Assembly (NCBI GenBank): GCA_963801605.1
Contig: CAWDFP010000009.1
Coordinates: 7,694 to 71,693, forward strand
DNA: 64,000 nucleotides
Direction of reading: 5' to 3'
Source: an uncultured candidate division Zixibacteria bacterium
GTDB taxonomy: Bacteria > Zixibacteria > MSB-5A5 > UBA10806
Part shown: positions 1 to 13,486 of the stretch, one piece after another
How positions within the stretch are numbered: position 1 is the stretch's first letter
How the letters are laid out: each line of letters opens with the position of its first letter
Made by a program: the position numbers and the translations under genes
Notes under the pieces: generated by a model
What the model was told of the DNA's origin: nothing
Seen by the model: only the letters and a program-made list of their open reading frames with translations
The model's database searches: none

Positions 1-665
1 GACGTAGCCGTAAAAAAGTGGCAGTCGCGCGATATTCTCGATGATTTTGGCGCTGGAAAATATCAAATTCTACTCGGCACCCAGATGGTCGCCAAGGGGC
101 ATCATTTTCCCGAATGTCAGCCTGGTCGGAGTAATCAACGCCGATATTGGTTTGTCACTGCCGGATTTCAGAGCCTCAGAGCGTGTCGAACAGCTTGCTG
201 ACTCAGGCCGCCGGACGGGCTGGGCAGATCCTCGAAAAAGGGAGACCCGGGACACGTAATTATTCAGTCGTTTGCGCCTGATAATCCTCTTTTCGAATAT
301 CTGAAGGGCAATAATTACCTCGGTTTTCTGGAAGATGAACTAAAGGTCCGTCAAGCCTCGATTATCCGCCGTATAAGAGGCTGGTGCTTTTGGTGGCGCG
401 TCACCTTATGCTCACCGGGCTGTCGATGGCGCCGAACGTCTGAAAGATGAAATCCTCTTACTGAATCGCCGATAAGAATATTGGTATCCTGGGACCGGCG
501 GAATCCCCCATTTTTAAGAGAGGCAAGCTGTATAGATATCAATTACTTCTAAAACTCCCGCCGGATCAAGAACCGGCGGAACTTCTTTGGGGCTTAAATG
601 ATTTTATGAGACGGTCCAAGGGATTGTACATCAGAATAGATATCGATCCGGTCTCATTCATGTAA
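1..665 (+). CDS. priA: Primosomal protein N' (PriA), 3' part, frameshifted
   Basis: Across frames reads [39 protein letters not shown] ... YPPY ... ILGPAESPI ... RYQLLLK ... IDIDPVSFM*, the PriA helicase motifs and C-terminal domain; truncated by the window start. Confidence 0.92.
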
Positions 666-669
666 AGCC

Positions 670-698
670 TTGACTTGAATACGGAGGATGATTAAATT
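670..698 (+). promoter_or_regulatory. sigma70-type promoter for the HD/purM/gpmI operon
   Basis: TTGACT(670-675)-17 bp-TAAATT(693-698); with GAGGA RBS at 732-736 it supports a start at 742 rather than 688. Confidence 0.5.
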
Positions 699-741
699 TC
701 AAGTCTGTTTTTTTCAAATTAATAAGTCAATGAGGACAATT

Positions 742-1401
742 ATGATAACAATCGATGATGTAAAGAAAAATAAAACCGTTCACAAATTAGTAGAAAAGGC
801 CGACCAGGTGCTGGGCGTTATCGGGTATACCGAACATGGCTTTCGGCACTGTTCACTGGCAGCAAATATTGCCTATAATATTATGATCAGACTCGGCAAG
901 GGAGAAAAGCGGGCCCAATTAGCCGCTATAGCCGGGTACATGCACGATATCGGAAATGTTATAAATCGGGATTATCACGCCCAGACAGCGTCCGTTATGG
1001 CCTTCTCAGTCTTACAAGAGATGGAAATGGATATGGCCGATATACTCGATGTTATTGCCGCTATAGGTAACCATGATGAGCATGACGGATCGCCTGTATC
1101 CGATATCGGCGCCGCCGTGATTTTGGCCGATAAATCCGATGTACATCGTTCCCGCGTACGCAATACCGATATGATCAAGACCGATATTCACGACCGGGTC
1201 AACTATGCTGCCAAATCATCATTTTTAAGGATCGATGAGGCCAGTAAAAAAGCTTCGCTGGAAATTACAATCGATACCTCCATTTCGCAGGTCATGGAGT
1301 ATTTCGAAATATTCCTGTCTCGAATGGTAGTCTGTCGTCGGGCTGCTCAATATCTGGATTTGCAGTTTGAATTGGAAATCAACGGCTATAAATTATTATA
1401 G
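742..1401 (+). CDS. HD-domain metal-dependent phosphohydrolase (COG3294-like)
   Basis: Intact ORF; GYTEHG..H, MHDIGN, GNHDE, LADKSDVHRSRVR motifs. Confidence 0.85.
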   Translation: MITIDDVKKNKTVHKLVEKADQVLGVIGYTEHGFRHCSLAANIAYNIMIRLGKGEKRAQLAAIAGYMHDIGNVINRDYHAQTASVMAFSVLQEMEMDMADILDVIAAIGNHDEHDGSPVSDIGAAVILADKSDVHRSRVRNTDMIKTDIHDRVNYAAKSSFLRIDEASKKASLEITIDTSISQVMEYFEIFLSRMVVCRRAAQYLDLQFELEINGYKLL

Positions 1402-1406
1402 GGTTT

Positions 1407-2440
1407 ATGGGAAAGAGCAAATACAGCCGGGCCGGAGTCGATATCGATTCGGCCGACCGCGTCAAGAACCGTCTGGCGGCCCTGGTGCGGGAGACGTTCA
1501 CTGAAAATGTAATTGGAGATTTCGGAGGATTCGGATCGGCGTTTTCGACCAGGGGATATGGGACGAAATACTGTGCTGGTCTCGTCTGCCGATGGTGTCG
1601 GAACCAAGCTCAAGCTGGCTTTCATGTCCGGACGGCATGAGTCTGTAGGTCACGATCTGGTCAACCATCTTACCAACGATATACTCTGCATGGGCGCCAA
1701 GCCGCTATTCTTCCTCGACTATATTGGCCTTGGCAAAATGAATGGCGATACGGTTACAGCTATTGTTAAGGGCATCAGCGATGGCTGCAAGGAGAATGGT
1801 TGCGCCTTACTCGGCGGCGAGACGGCCGAGATGCCGGGGTTTTACGCGGATGGAGAATATGATCTGGCAGGTTTTATGGTCGGTATAGCCGAAAAGAAAG
1901 CGATGCCTGATAAAAGCTCGTTCCAGGCCGGCGATTTTTTGATAGGGTTTTCGTCCAGCGGACTTCATACCAACGGATATTCTCTCGCCAGACATGCACT
2001 TTTCGACGTCGCCAAACATGCCCCTCAATTACATTTTGCCGGAGACCGGGACCCCTCTTGTCGATGAGCTTTTAACGGTTCACAGGTCCTACTTAAAAAC
2101 AGTTTATCCCTATCTCGAAAAGAAGCTATTTAAGGCTGTAGCGCATATCACAGGAGGCGGTTTCGAGGGTAATATCAATCGCATTCTACCCTCGCATCTC
2201 GATGCCGTAGTCGATACAAATCTCTGGATTCCTCCGGCTATTTTTCGAGCCATCCAAAAAGCCGCCGATGTCGATTCGCGTGAGATGTACAGAGTATTTA
2301 ATATGGGAATAGGCATGGTCGCAGTTGTTGCCGAAAAAGATCTACCATATCTTAAGAAAGTTATGAGAGTCCCGGAATGCGAAGTAGTACCTGTCGGAGC
2401 GTTAATAAAGGGAACTGGTAAAGTAGAAGTCAGAATATGA
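1407..2440 (+). CDS. purM: Phosphoribosylformylglycinamidine cyclo-ligase (AIR synthase), frameshifted
   Basis: [63 protein letters not shown] over three overlapping ORFs. Confidence 0.95.
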
Positions 2441-3975
2441 ACAATATCCCCCGGCCGGTTACCTTTATAATCATGGATGGGTTCGGTCTCAACCCCGATA
2501 CAAAAGGCAATGCTATCGCCGCCGCTCATAAGCCCAATTATGATAGGCTATCTCAGCAATATCCTTTTGCTACTCTCGGCTCTTCTGGGCTGTCGGTTGG
2601 TCTTCCCGAGGGACAGATGGGGAATTCCGAGGTCGGGCATCTCAATTTCGGCGCCGGACGAGTAGTCTATCAGGAGGTATCGAGGATAGACAAGCTTATT
2701 CGCGAGGGTGATTTTTTTAAAAATCATGTGTTTATAGAGGAGATAAAGGCGGCCCAGGCCCGAGGTGGTAAGATTCATATCATGGGGCTGGCATCCGATG
2801 GTTTAGTCCATTCCTCGCTTGAGCATCTTTATGCCCTGTTGCTGCTCTGTAAAAATCTCGATATGCACGATGTTGTAATTCACGCATTCCTCGATGGCCG
2901 CGACACCTCGCCAACAAGCGGGGCTCGATTATTTAGAAGGGATTTATGCCAGGACAAAGGAGATAGGTGTCGGCAGATTAGGTACTGTGATTGGACGCTA
3001 TTTCGCGATGGATCGCGATAAGAGATGGTCGCGCATCAAGCAGGCTTATGATCTCTTGGTTTTTGGCAGAGGATTCGAAACTCCCGATCCTGTACTGGTA
3101 GTCAAGGATTCATACTCGCGTGGCATCGACCGATGAGTTTATGGAGCCTATTTCGATTGCTGGATTCGACCATCGAATTGGCGTCGACGATGCTGCTATC
3201 TTTTTTAATTTTCGGGCGGATCGCGCCAGACAGATATGCTATACCCTGTGCGATCCCAAATTCGATGGTTTCGACAGGGAGGACGGCCCCATTATTCCGG
3301 TGGCTGGAATGACTCTCTATGATATCAATCTTCCCGCGCAAGTCGCATTTGACCAGCAATTACTGAATGATATTTTTGTAGAGGTCACAAGCGCGGCCGG
3401 AATAAGGCAATTGCGGACCGCTGAGACCGAGAAATATCCTCATGTGACATTCTTCTTTAACGGTGGCGTGGAAAAGGCATACCCGGGAGAGGATCGCATA
3501 CTTATCCATTCGCCAAAAGTCGCGACTTATGATCTCAAGCCGGAAATGTCAGCATTACGAGTTGACCGATTCTACTTTGGCTAAAATCGGAGAAAACATT
3601 TACGATGTCATCATCATGAACTACGCCAATTGCGATATGGTAGGGCATACAGGTGTTTTCGATGCCGCCCGCAAGGCAGTGGAAACAGTCGACGAGTGCG
3701 TAGGTAAAATTGTAAAGGCTGTCACTCGGGCCGGCGGCGTATCGCTGGTGACCGCTGATCACGGCAATGCGGAGAAAATGATCGCCGAGGATGGCGGGCC
3801 GTTTACCGCGCATACTACTTTTAGGGTTCCATTTATACTTATCGACGATAATTTTAAAGGGTCACTCCGTCAGGATGGCATTCTGGCTGATATTGCTCCT
3901 ACAATACTCGAATATCTGAAGATTCAAAAACCGGCAGCCATGACCGGCCAAAGCCTCCTTATAAAGAATCGATAA
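2437..3975 (+). CDS. gpmI: 2,3-bisphosphoglycerate-independent phosphoglycerate mutase, frameshifted
   Basis: IMDGFG, GLPEGQMGNSEVGH, DGRDT, GRYFAMDRDKRW, FNFRADRARQ, AETEKYPHVTFF, NCDMVGHTG, TADHGNAE over four ORFs. Confidence 0.95.
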
Positions 3976-4017
3976 TTTCTCTTTATCAAGAGAACTCGCT
4001 TTTGCTATATTAATAGG

Positions 4018-5534
4018 ATGAAGGAAATTAGGCCGTATTTAGTAATATTTTCCGCAATATTATCCATTTTCGCCTATCCGCCATTTCCGCTTGGAATACT
4101 GATATTCATATCTCTGGCATGTTTGGTATATGCAGTGGAAAATATATCGCCCTGGCGGGCATTTAAGTTTGGATATCTCTGGGGATTGGTTTATAACCTG
4201 GGGCTTTTATATTATATAGCCTGGGTCACTGTGCCTGGAATGATCGCTACGGTTATGATTCTAGCGCTTATTCCCGCATCCGGTCTTTGGATTTTCACCC
4301 GCTTGATCGAAAAAAATCGCGCTTTAGCCATAATTTCATTTCCATCGTTTATCTTAATGTGGAATTGGCTTCTGACTAAGTCAGACCTAAATTATCCCTG
4401 GACCGATTTAGGATATGCTCTCAGTTATTACACGACTTTGATCCAGGCTGCCGATATTGCGGGAATCTATCTTGTCTCGTTGTTCATTCTGGCTGTCAAT
4501 ATGCTGATTTATTTGTCAATATCGGACAGATTCGCGTATGAAAATCGTAAACGCTCGAGATTCATTTTTATTTCTCTTATACTAATCTTAGCATTTTACA
4601 TTTACGGCGATGTAAGATTATCTCAATTGAAAAACGATCCCAAGGATGCCCTGACTGTCGGCCTGATACAGGGTAATATTACCAAGGATGTCAAATGGGC
4701 CCCCGGTAATTTGAATTACAGTTTCGATACTTATCACGAACTTTCCAGACAGGCTGTACTGGACGGGGCGGAACTGGTAATCTGGCCGGAAACCGCCATA
4801 CCGACCTATCTGCTGCAGGAACCACCGAGTATGGCTCATATGAGACGAATAGTTTCCGATTTAAAAATTCCGGTTTTGACCGGCACTGTCTTTTACGAAA
4901 CCGCCGGCCCGCAGTGAGTACATTTATTTCAATTCCGCTATTCTATTGGAGCCGGAGAGTGAGGATTATCAGATTTATTCGAAAATTCATCTTGTACCGG
5001 TGAGCGAGAGAATTCCGTTTTCGGAACGTTATAAGATTTTACGCGATATTCACTTGGGGCAAGCCGACTTTTCGAGCGGTCGGCAGCAGACTGTTTTTAC
5101 CCTCGATGGCGAAAGATTTGGCACCTTAATCTGTTTTGAATCAGCTTTTCCGGGTTTTACCAACGACTATGCCAGAATGGGCGCGACATTTCTGGTTATT
5201 ATCACGAATGATATGTGGTTTGGAAGGACATCGCTATTTGAGCAGCATGCCATGATGGCGGTTTTCAGGGCCATCGAAAATCGAATACCCGTCTTACGCG
5301 CCGGAAATACTGGAATTTCGCTGGCAGTCGATAAACGCGGCAAATTGCTGACGAAATCGGACGATATTCGAAAAAGAGTATATCGTGACAAAAATACATC
5401 CCGAAAGGTCCACAAGCGCGTATAACAAGATTGGCGACATGATGCCGCAATCCGCCACCCTGATCTCAATGATTGCATTGGTGGTTGCCATTTGGAAACG
5501 CAAAGGATATATTGAGAGGCAATATGATGAATAA
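4018..5534 (+). CDS. lnt: Apolipoprotein N-acyltransferase, frameshifted
   Basis: N-terminal TM helices, YPW..LGY, QGNI, IWPETA, KIHLVPVSERIP, LICFES, TNDMWFG, RAIENR, GNTGIS. Confidence 0.92.
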
Positions 5535-7755
5535 AAACATCATCGCTATTGGTCCTGCTGTTGATTTTTGCAGTCTTACATCCGCTGCTACCTGGACAAG
5601 CTTTACCAATACCGATGCTGTCAGGCAGGTCATTTTCGGTAATGACCGTATCTGGGGCGCTACATCCGGCGGAGTTGTTCAATCGATGTTACATCGGGGG
5701 CAATCCACAGGATATACCAATACCGACGGGATCGGCGGTATTGATTATAGGTGCGTTGAAGTCGATACCTCCCAAAATCTTTGGTTTGGTACTGGCGATG
5801 GCTGGTTGAGCCGAATTTCGGTCGATGGCAATATCCGGAATTTCGCTTTCAGAGACAGTTCCGGCATTATCGCCAGACCTTTGACTCTGTATGATCTTAA
5901 GCGCGATGGCGACATACTCTGGGTCGCCAGTGATCTCGGTATAAGCAAATTTTTGATCTACTCCAATGGCGGTGAAATCCGTGATACCGGACGACAACTT
6001 GGAAATCTGCAATCGGGCGAGGATGCTATCTGTGTCGATGTCATCGGAGAAAATCTATGGGTCGGTACAGCGCAAGGGATAGCATTTATAGATAAAAATA
6101 ATCCCAATATCCAATTCTTGGTAATTGGCGTTCATATTCAGCCGGATCTAATGGTCTGGGCAGCGGGGATATTAGAACCATAGTCTCATATCATGATACG
6201 GTCTTTATTGGTACGGCCTCGGGCGCCTATAAATTTGTGACCTCGCCGGATACCGCTTGGGTATCTTATAGGCCTTGGCAGGAATCGCAGGTTCATAAAT
6301 TCTTCATGAATGGTTCGAATTTGATTGCCTCTACAAGCGCCGGCTTATTCCAATATGATCGATGCTGAATGGATTGCGTTTTACGCCAGCTCCACCAGAT
6401 GTTGTCAGAGATTTTACGGTAGATTCCAATGGAGCTTTGTGGGCGGGTACCAATTCGATGGGAATTGCGAAACTCACGAATGACGCCTGGGTGTTAAATG
6501 TCATTCCCGGACCGGCCCAAAATTTTATTAAGCGAATATCATTGGATTCCACCGGCGGTGTTTGGATGACCCATGATGCTAAAGGCCTGAGCCGTTTTCA
6601 CGATGGCCAATGGCAGCTTTACAATACACAGAACAGCGATCCCGATGGCTCCGGGCCTCTTAGGGGATTATTAGACGACGGAGTAATGACTGTATCTGTT
6701 GCTCGCGATGGCAATGTCTGGGTAGGCAGCTATGGAGGCGGATTATATAAATACGATTGGACCTCGTGGTTTCATTGGGACAATACCAATAGTCCTATGT
6801 ATGGAGTATTCAATAATCATTCATACTGGGTTGCCGCGGGTTTAAGCGCCGATCAAAACGGTAATATTTGGGTTGGCGCATATGCCTCAGATTCATTATT
6901 GCTTATGGGAGTATATAACCCTAACTCTCCCGATTCTACCTGGTTGACATTCAAGGCCGCGGATATAGGATTATTTTCAAATTACGTCTGGGTATTGAGA
7001 TCGACTGGCAACATTGTCTGGGTTGGACGCGGCGATGGTTTCGACAGGCTCGATAACGGAGGGACCCCATTCGATCCCTCCGATGATCAATGGAAGATAA
7101 GAATTAATACCGAAAATATAGCCGATATTGTAGTCGATGACGAAGGTTTTCCCTGGGTGGCCGCCGCAACCGGCCTCTACTTCGTTCCGGCATCGAATGA
7201 CACTTCCCTTGCAATAGATTTACCGCCATCGATTTCCGGAGCGGTATGAGTTTATCATAGATGGGGTCGGAAATATATGGGTGGGTACTGTTGCCGGGCT
7301 CGGCGTGTTAAAACCCAATAGGGAACAGCCACAGCAATCGAGTTGGCAGGCGCTGTATACTACATCCAATAGCCCAATTCTCGATAATAATGTTAATTGC
7401 CTGGCAGTAATAAGGCGACTGGAATAGTATATATCGGCACCAATAACGGCTTGTCTGTTTTTGAGTCGGGATCCTACCGCCTACCTGCCGATCTGTCGGA
7501 TATGGATGCTTACCCTAATCCCGTAATTATTAAAGATGGCGATGAATCGTGCAATTCAAGAGGGTGCCCTCGAATGGGTACGCTAAGCTATCTATACTTC
7601 TTCCGGTGAGATAGTTGATCGCTTCGACTTGGCGGAGCGAAGCTTCATGGAATCTTAGAAACTCAGAGGGAAAACGAGTGGCCGGTGGAGTATATGTATT
7701 CCATGTGAAATCCGGCGATGCCTCGGGCACCGGCAAATTTGTGGTCATCAAATAA
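5524..7755 (+). CDS. PorZ-like secreted beta-propeller protein with C-terminal Ig/sorting-type domain, frameshifted
   Basis: Signal peptide; repeated D..GNLW(F/V/I)G(T/S) propeller blades; C-terminus AYPNPV...WNLRNSEGKRVAGGVYVFHVKSG...GKFVVIK*. Confidence 0.65.
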
Positions 7756-8685
7756 AATATCAATTTCGGAGCGCACTATCGAAAGCACTCATCTCTCGCA
7801 TTCATGGGGAGGAGTTTTTTATCACCCCGCGTTTATCCGTTCCGCCGCTAAAGCGCTAAATCTTAAAGATGATCCCCATTACTATCGAGTCCGATAATGA
7901 ACCGATCACAGTCGCCAATTTAATGCGTCATCGCCCAAGGCTTTTCCATTCTGCTACCATACCGCTCCTTTTTCAGTATTATGGTTCACTGCCCTTAGCG
8001 GATCAGACAAATGAACTCCCCCGGGAGTTCGAGCAATACCTTTCAAATCATTTTGATTTTGTTTATTTGAGTCTGCCTCCGAAAGTGAAAATCAATCAAT
8101 TATCAAAAAACTGGAAAGTTTTGCCGCAAAAAACTCCTGCAGTTTTATCCGACAGCCTTAAATCCTGGGGCAATAAATTCAGAGATGATGTTAAGAATAA
8201 AATACATAAGGCTCGACGAGAAAATATTGAGATAGTCCCGGGGAATACGTTTCCGTCAGCCCTCTGGCAACTAACTTTTCAACGTCGCGGAATGTCGCCT
8301 CCAATATCACCGGAAGCATTAAAGCTATGGTGCGATGAGCTAATAAAAGAATCGCTGCTTAGAATTTATCTGGCAAAGCTTCGCGACCAAACGGTGGCTT
8401 TTCGCTGCGAACTGGTATTTGGCGCTTTCGCGTACGATTGGCTGGCCGGATCTGATCCCCAGTATCATGCTACTGGCGCTAATCAATTACTTATGGCCGA
8501 AACCGGACAAGAACTTGGAGCATTGAATCTTGATGCCTGGGATCTGGTTGGCGGGCAGGTCAATGCTGTCGATGATTTTAAAGAGATCTTTCGGCGCCCA
8601 GGATATTGGCTATTTCCACATTCTCCGAGCTTTTAACTTGAAAGGTCGGATATTTGAATCATTAAGGAAATTTCGTCATGCCTGA
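7739..8685 (+). CDS. GNAT/FemAB-like acyltransferase of a polysaccharide locus, frameshifted
   Basis: VKNKIHKARRENI, AYDWLAGSDPQYHATGANQLLM, WDLVG...FKRSFGA pattern; start uncertain. Confidence 0.65.
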
Positions 8686-9896
8686 TTCGCGTATTAAGAT
8701 ATCATACCACTATAATAGCCGGAAATATTCGCAAGAAGTCATTGGCCATGTTTTTCGATATATTTCCGCGCTGACGGGATCAATATTTTACCCCGATGAA
8801 CAAGCTCCCGCAATTAGTAATATTGAAAACGTTAACAATAAGCTTTTTATTAATACTGTAAATGATGCCATTGCCGAAATTGCATCCCGACTAACTCTTT
8901 CGATAAAGATAGGGCCCTATTCCAACGATCGCCATAAGCCATTTAATGGCCCCCTTCTTAGCGAAATAGTTAGCGGATTTGTCGATGATTTGCATGAGGC
9001 GGGATTGATTCCCAAACAAAAATCGACCATTTCACTTTGGCCGTCAACTCGCCGCTTCGGTTTGGTTGTGACTCATGATGTGGATATCATTCGCCGTACT
9101 GTCTTAGGGGGTCTGCGCTTTGGGCTAACGGCCACCTTCCCGGAGGTTGGGGCGCCGTGAACGATTCTCTGAAGTGGCGTCTGGGTTTCGGCAAAAATCC
9201 GTATAATCGTCTCGGTGATTGGCAAAAGCTCGAAGAAGAGATAGGGCTAGGTCCACTTACTTCATCTTTTCCGGTCGACGGCAGCATAATTTTGATCCGA
9301 CCTACAGGCTTTCTCGGTTGCCATTCGATACAATCCCCGAATCGTTCGATTGCCTTGCATAGCAGTATCGGCTGCTATATAGGGCAGGGCCTATGCGAGA
9401 CCCAGAGACGAACTCGAATTGACCGGATATAAAGTATTGGGTATCAGGCCCCATTATTTATCGGCCTATCTTCCTGAGTTTTGGCAGGCGGCAGCCGATA
9501 TTGACTTTGAATACTCATCGACACTGGGATTCGATGATGCTATCGGCTATGTACGAGGGATCGATTTGCCGTTCTATCCGTTCGATACCACCAACGAACG
9601 TCCCTTGCCGATTCTCGAAATTCCAATCGCGATTATGGATTGCGGGCTAATCGGTAGTTCGGATGCCAATTCGCCAGAGATTTTCTCGATGGGCGTCAAG
9701 CTGATTGATCGTGTCGCCGAAGGCGGCGGTCTGATTGTACTGGACTGGCATCAAAGGACACTCTATAATCGGGATTATCCGGGTTGGGGTGAGTTATTTA
9801 GAAAATTGATAGAGAAGCCCATGATAAAAATGCTCATTTTACTACGGTCGAGGAAATCAGTTCTCGTATGAAGTTCAGGATTGGGTCAAGATTTGA
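8678..9896 (+). CDS. Polysaccharide deacetylase-like protein, frameshifted
   Basis: VVTHDVD, IALHS, GIRPHYL, YSSTLGF...GIDLPFYPF, LEIPIAIMD, LDWH motifs over three or more ORFs. Confidence 0.7.
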
Positions 9897-11021
9897 AAAT
9901 TGCTTACTTCATTCTCAACAATTTCGATTTCGATACGAGGGCCGGCTTGAGGTAGCAGTATCTCAAACTACTAAAGTATCAGGTGGATATTATCGCCACG
10001 GTCGGGGCCGAGTCTCATACCTATCTCGGCTTCCCGATTCATCGTCTGCCGCAATGGCCGGGACCAACCAGGAAGTTTAGGTTTCGTGCAATATAATTTT
10101 CTGGCCGCTCGTTTGGCCCGAAGACTCAAGCCAGATATCTGCCACGCAGTCGATTTGGATACGTTGCAGGCCGCTGTTTGGGCTGCTGGCAGTTCCGACG
10201 CAAAACTAATTTATGAGGCTCGTGAGCTTTATACCGAACTCGAGGCTGTTGCCGGTACGACCTCGCGTACAGACTATTTGGCGGAATCTAGAGACCCGGC
10301 TTATCGGCAGAGCCGATAAGGTGTCTTACGATCAATAATTCAATCGCGGATGAGCTTGCCGGTCGATATGGTATTGAGAAACCTCCGGTTCTTAGAAATG
10401 TCGCTCCCTTGACCGAAATCCTAAAGCCTAGTAGACCTGCCTGCGCTTCTGGATATCCCCCGAAAACTATAAGATTCTGATTTACCAGGGCGTCTTGCGT
10501 CGCGGACAGGGGTTATTGGCATTACTCGAAATATTGTTCCGTCTTCCCAGAAACATCGGTCTAGTGATAGTTGGCGCCGGGCCTTTGAATGATGAGTTGA
10601 AAGCGCTTTCAGAAAAACTGGGAATTATCAACAGGGTGAAATTTATCGGACAGGTAACGCCATCAGATCTACCGAATTACACTGCTGGAGCCGATGCCGG
10701 CCTGCTTCTCATGGAAGATGTCGCCTTGAATAACCGTCTCGCGCTGCCGCAAAAGCTCTTTCAGTATCTGGTCGCCGGTATTCCCCAGATTGTTTCTCCA
10801 ATGCCGGAGATCGCCGGCTTTGTCGAGGCAGAGCAGACGGGTTTGATTATTGAACCATCCCAAAAGGATGAGGCGGCTGAAAAGATTAAATCATTGATGA
10901 ATGACAGCGAAAGACTGAATAGAATTAAAAAACATTGTCTTGACGTTGCGGAGCGGCATAATTGGGATATGGAATCGCGAATTCTGGAGATATTTACCGC
11001 GGCCTGGAGAACGTTTCGTGA
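9893..11021 (+). CDS. Glycosyltransferase family 4, frameshifted
   Basis: MKIAYFILNNFDFDTRAR start, CHAVDLDTL, LIYEARELY, YQG...G, LALPQKLFQYLVAGIP, HNWDME. Confidence 0.8.
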
Positions 11022-11955
11022 TTAGCTACTCCATAGTCATCTGTACATATAATCAAAAGGAAAATCTCCAATCCGCCCTTGAGAGTCTTCGGCGGCAGAT
11101 CAGAAATCCCAAAATTTACGAGATCGTTATTACGGATGACGGCTCCAGCGATGGCACCGAGAATTTTGTCAAGAAGGCAACGATATCCGATTTTCTTGAA
11201 GTATATCCGCTCCGAGTCATCTCTGGGTCGGGCAGCAAATCGCAACCGGGGTTTCCAGCGAGCCAGCGGCCAATGGATTATCTTTATAGATGGCGATATG
11301 ATACCATCGCCGGAATTCATAGAGACCTATCATAGGGCCTGGGACCAGTTTCCTGATGCTGTTTGTATAGGATCGTGGAGACCGCCAGCCCAATTGGAGA
11401 AGATACCATATTTGCGTTATCTCGGCACCCGGGGCCGCCTGACAATGAAACGGGGCCAACGAGTACCGGGCAAATATTTCACCAGCAGCAATTTTTCAAT
11501 TCGTAAGGAAATGTTCGAAAAGCTGAAGGGGTTCGATATTACCTATAAAGGGTGGGGTGGGGAAGATACGGATTTCGGTTTTAAGCTTGAAGCTGAAATT
11601 GTTCCCATTATTTATATCCCTGAGGCAGCCTGTGATCATCTGCATTGGCGAACATTAGATGAGGTTATTTCTGAGTATTTAAGATTCGGCCAGAGCGGTT
11701 ATCCTCTGCTGGTTGAGAAATTTTCCGACAAAAATATCTTTGATAATGGCTGGCTTCTGGGGCTTCCCTGGCCGAGATCAATCGATACTAAAAGGAGCTA
11801 TTTCCTGCGCGCTTTGGCCGCTTCGCTCAACCCCAGTTTTGGAAATCCTCCGGCGTCTGGCAAAAATACGACAGGGTAGCCTTTTTACTGATACTATGTT
11901 TGATTGGCTCTTCTACGGCCATCTCGCCAAAGGGTATAGAGGTCGACACAAATGA
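11018..11955 (+). CDS. Glycosyltransferase family 2, frameshifted
   Basis: SIVICTYN, DDGSSDGT, RNRG, FIDGDM, GFD...GWGGEDTDFG. Confidence 0.85.
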
Positions 11956-13478
11956 AAACTATCATTCACGTCATCATCTTGATCGTCTTATTTGCATTTA
12001 CGGCGATTTATTGCTCGTATTATTTCGGCGGATATGAGGGGAGTGGCGATGGCAATGATTACGCCGCCTTAGCCAGGAATATCGTCTCCGGAAGAGGTTT
12101 TTCTTTGGGGCATGTTTATCCGCTGGGGTTGACATTCAATGCGCAGATTCCGCAGCCCAATAATATGTGGGCGCCCGGTTATCCGCTTTACTTATCGCTC
12201 TGGTTTTCGGTGATAGGCATTGGAGACAAAGCTGCGCTCTACGCTTCCATTGTGGCGCTCTGGCTTATGATACTATCGGGTTATCTGCTTGGCCGACGTA
12301 TTGGCGGCGATATGATCGCTATCCTTTCCGCTATGCTGATAGGGTTAAGCCAGGTAGTGCTCTATGCCGCTGTCGAGGGTACCCCGGAGATATTAACCGG
12401 CGCCTTGATTGCATTTTCTGTTTACTTTCTCTTGTCCCCTCAGAAGAGCGTTAATCTGATTTTATCCGGATTCCTTCTGGGGCTGGCATTCTTAACCAGA
12501 TATCAAATTGCCATTATCGGAATCCCCATTGCCATAATGTTTATGGATAATTACAGGCGAAACTTGTTTATCTGGATTGCGGTAATTCTTATCACCATCT
12601 CGCCCTGGCTGATACGAAACTGGATAGTTTTGGGGAATCCGCTTTTCACTCTCCAATCTTATGGCGAATTCGCCAAGGGGATGAGACGATTCGGCGATCC
12701 TCTATTTCATCGTATCGTTCTTTTACTCCGATGTCGCTCTGGTATACTATCGTCCATTTCCCGTTCGATATGGCCAGAAAATTCGTATCAGGACTCCTAT
12801 TCTTTGCCATATCGTTTCCAATGCGCTTCAATTACCTTGGCATAGTCCCTTTCTTTTTTGGATTGTTTAAAATTAACAATTATCATGGTATTCAGCGAAA
12901 ATGCATCCTTTTCACATTTATCTCAGCGATTCTGGTTATAATCCTTTCATCCTTGATGGCCATCACGACCGCCATCTGGTGCCGCTACAGCCGTTTTTTG
13001 TCCGTCTCGACTCTCCTGGGCGGTGTAGCACTTGCGCGAGCTATGGGATTTTATCGATATAAAATCGCGGTTGCAATCGCGACAATATTCTTGTTTATCC
13101 CGGCCCGCTATCCTTTTCAGGAGTACGGCCTGAAGCTGATCGCCGAAAAATCGCAGATCTGACCGGCAGGCTTATAAGGAAATATCGAGAATTGTCGGGC
13201 CGGATGAGGTTGTAGTCTCCGATGCCTCCGATGCCGTCTGGTGGTATGCCAATCGCAAGTCGATCTGGATACCGGTTAATTATGATGATTTCAAAACCCT
13301 GATGAAACGTCAGGATTGTCATTATGTATATTTTACCGATCCCATCACTTTTATGAATAATCGTCGCCGATCGAGGATTTGGCCGATTTTGGCGTACTCA
13401 TTTAAGAGCGTCGAAAGTTTTAATGGCCCCGGACGGTTGTATATTTTATATAAAGAATCGTCGTCAGTCATAATGTAG
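11952..13478 (+). CDS. GT-C (ArnT/PMT-like) membrane glycosyltransferase, frameshifted
   Basis: Multi-TM; DGNDYAALARNIVSGRG, PGYPLYLS, GLAFLTR, PWLIRNWIVLGNP; end approximate. Confidence 0.7.
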
Positions 13479-13486
13479 AGATCATC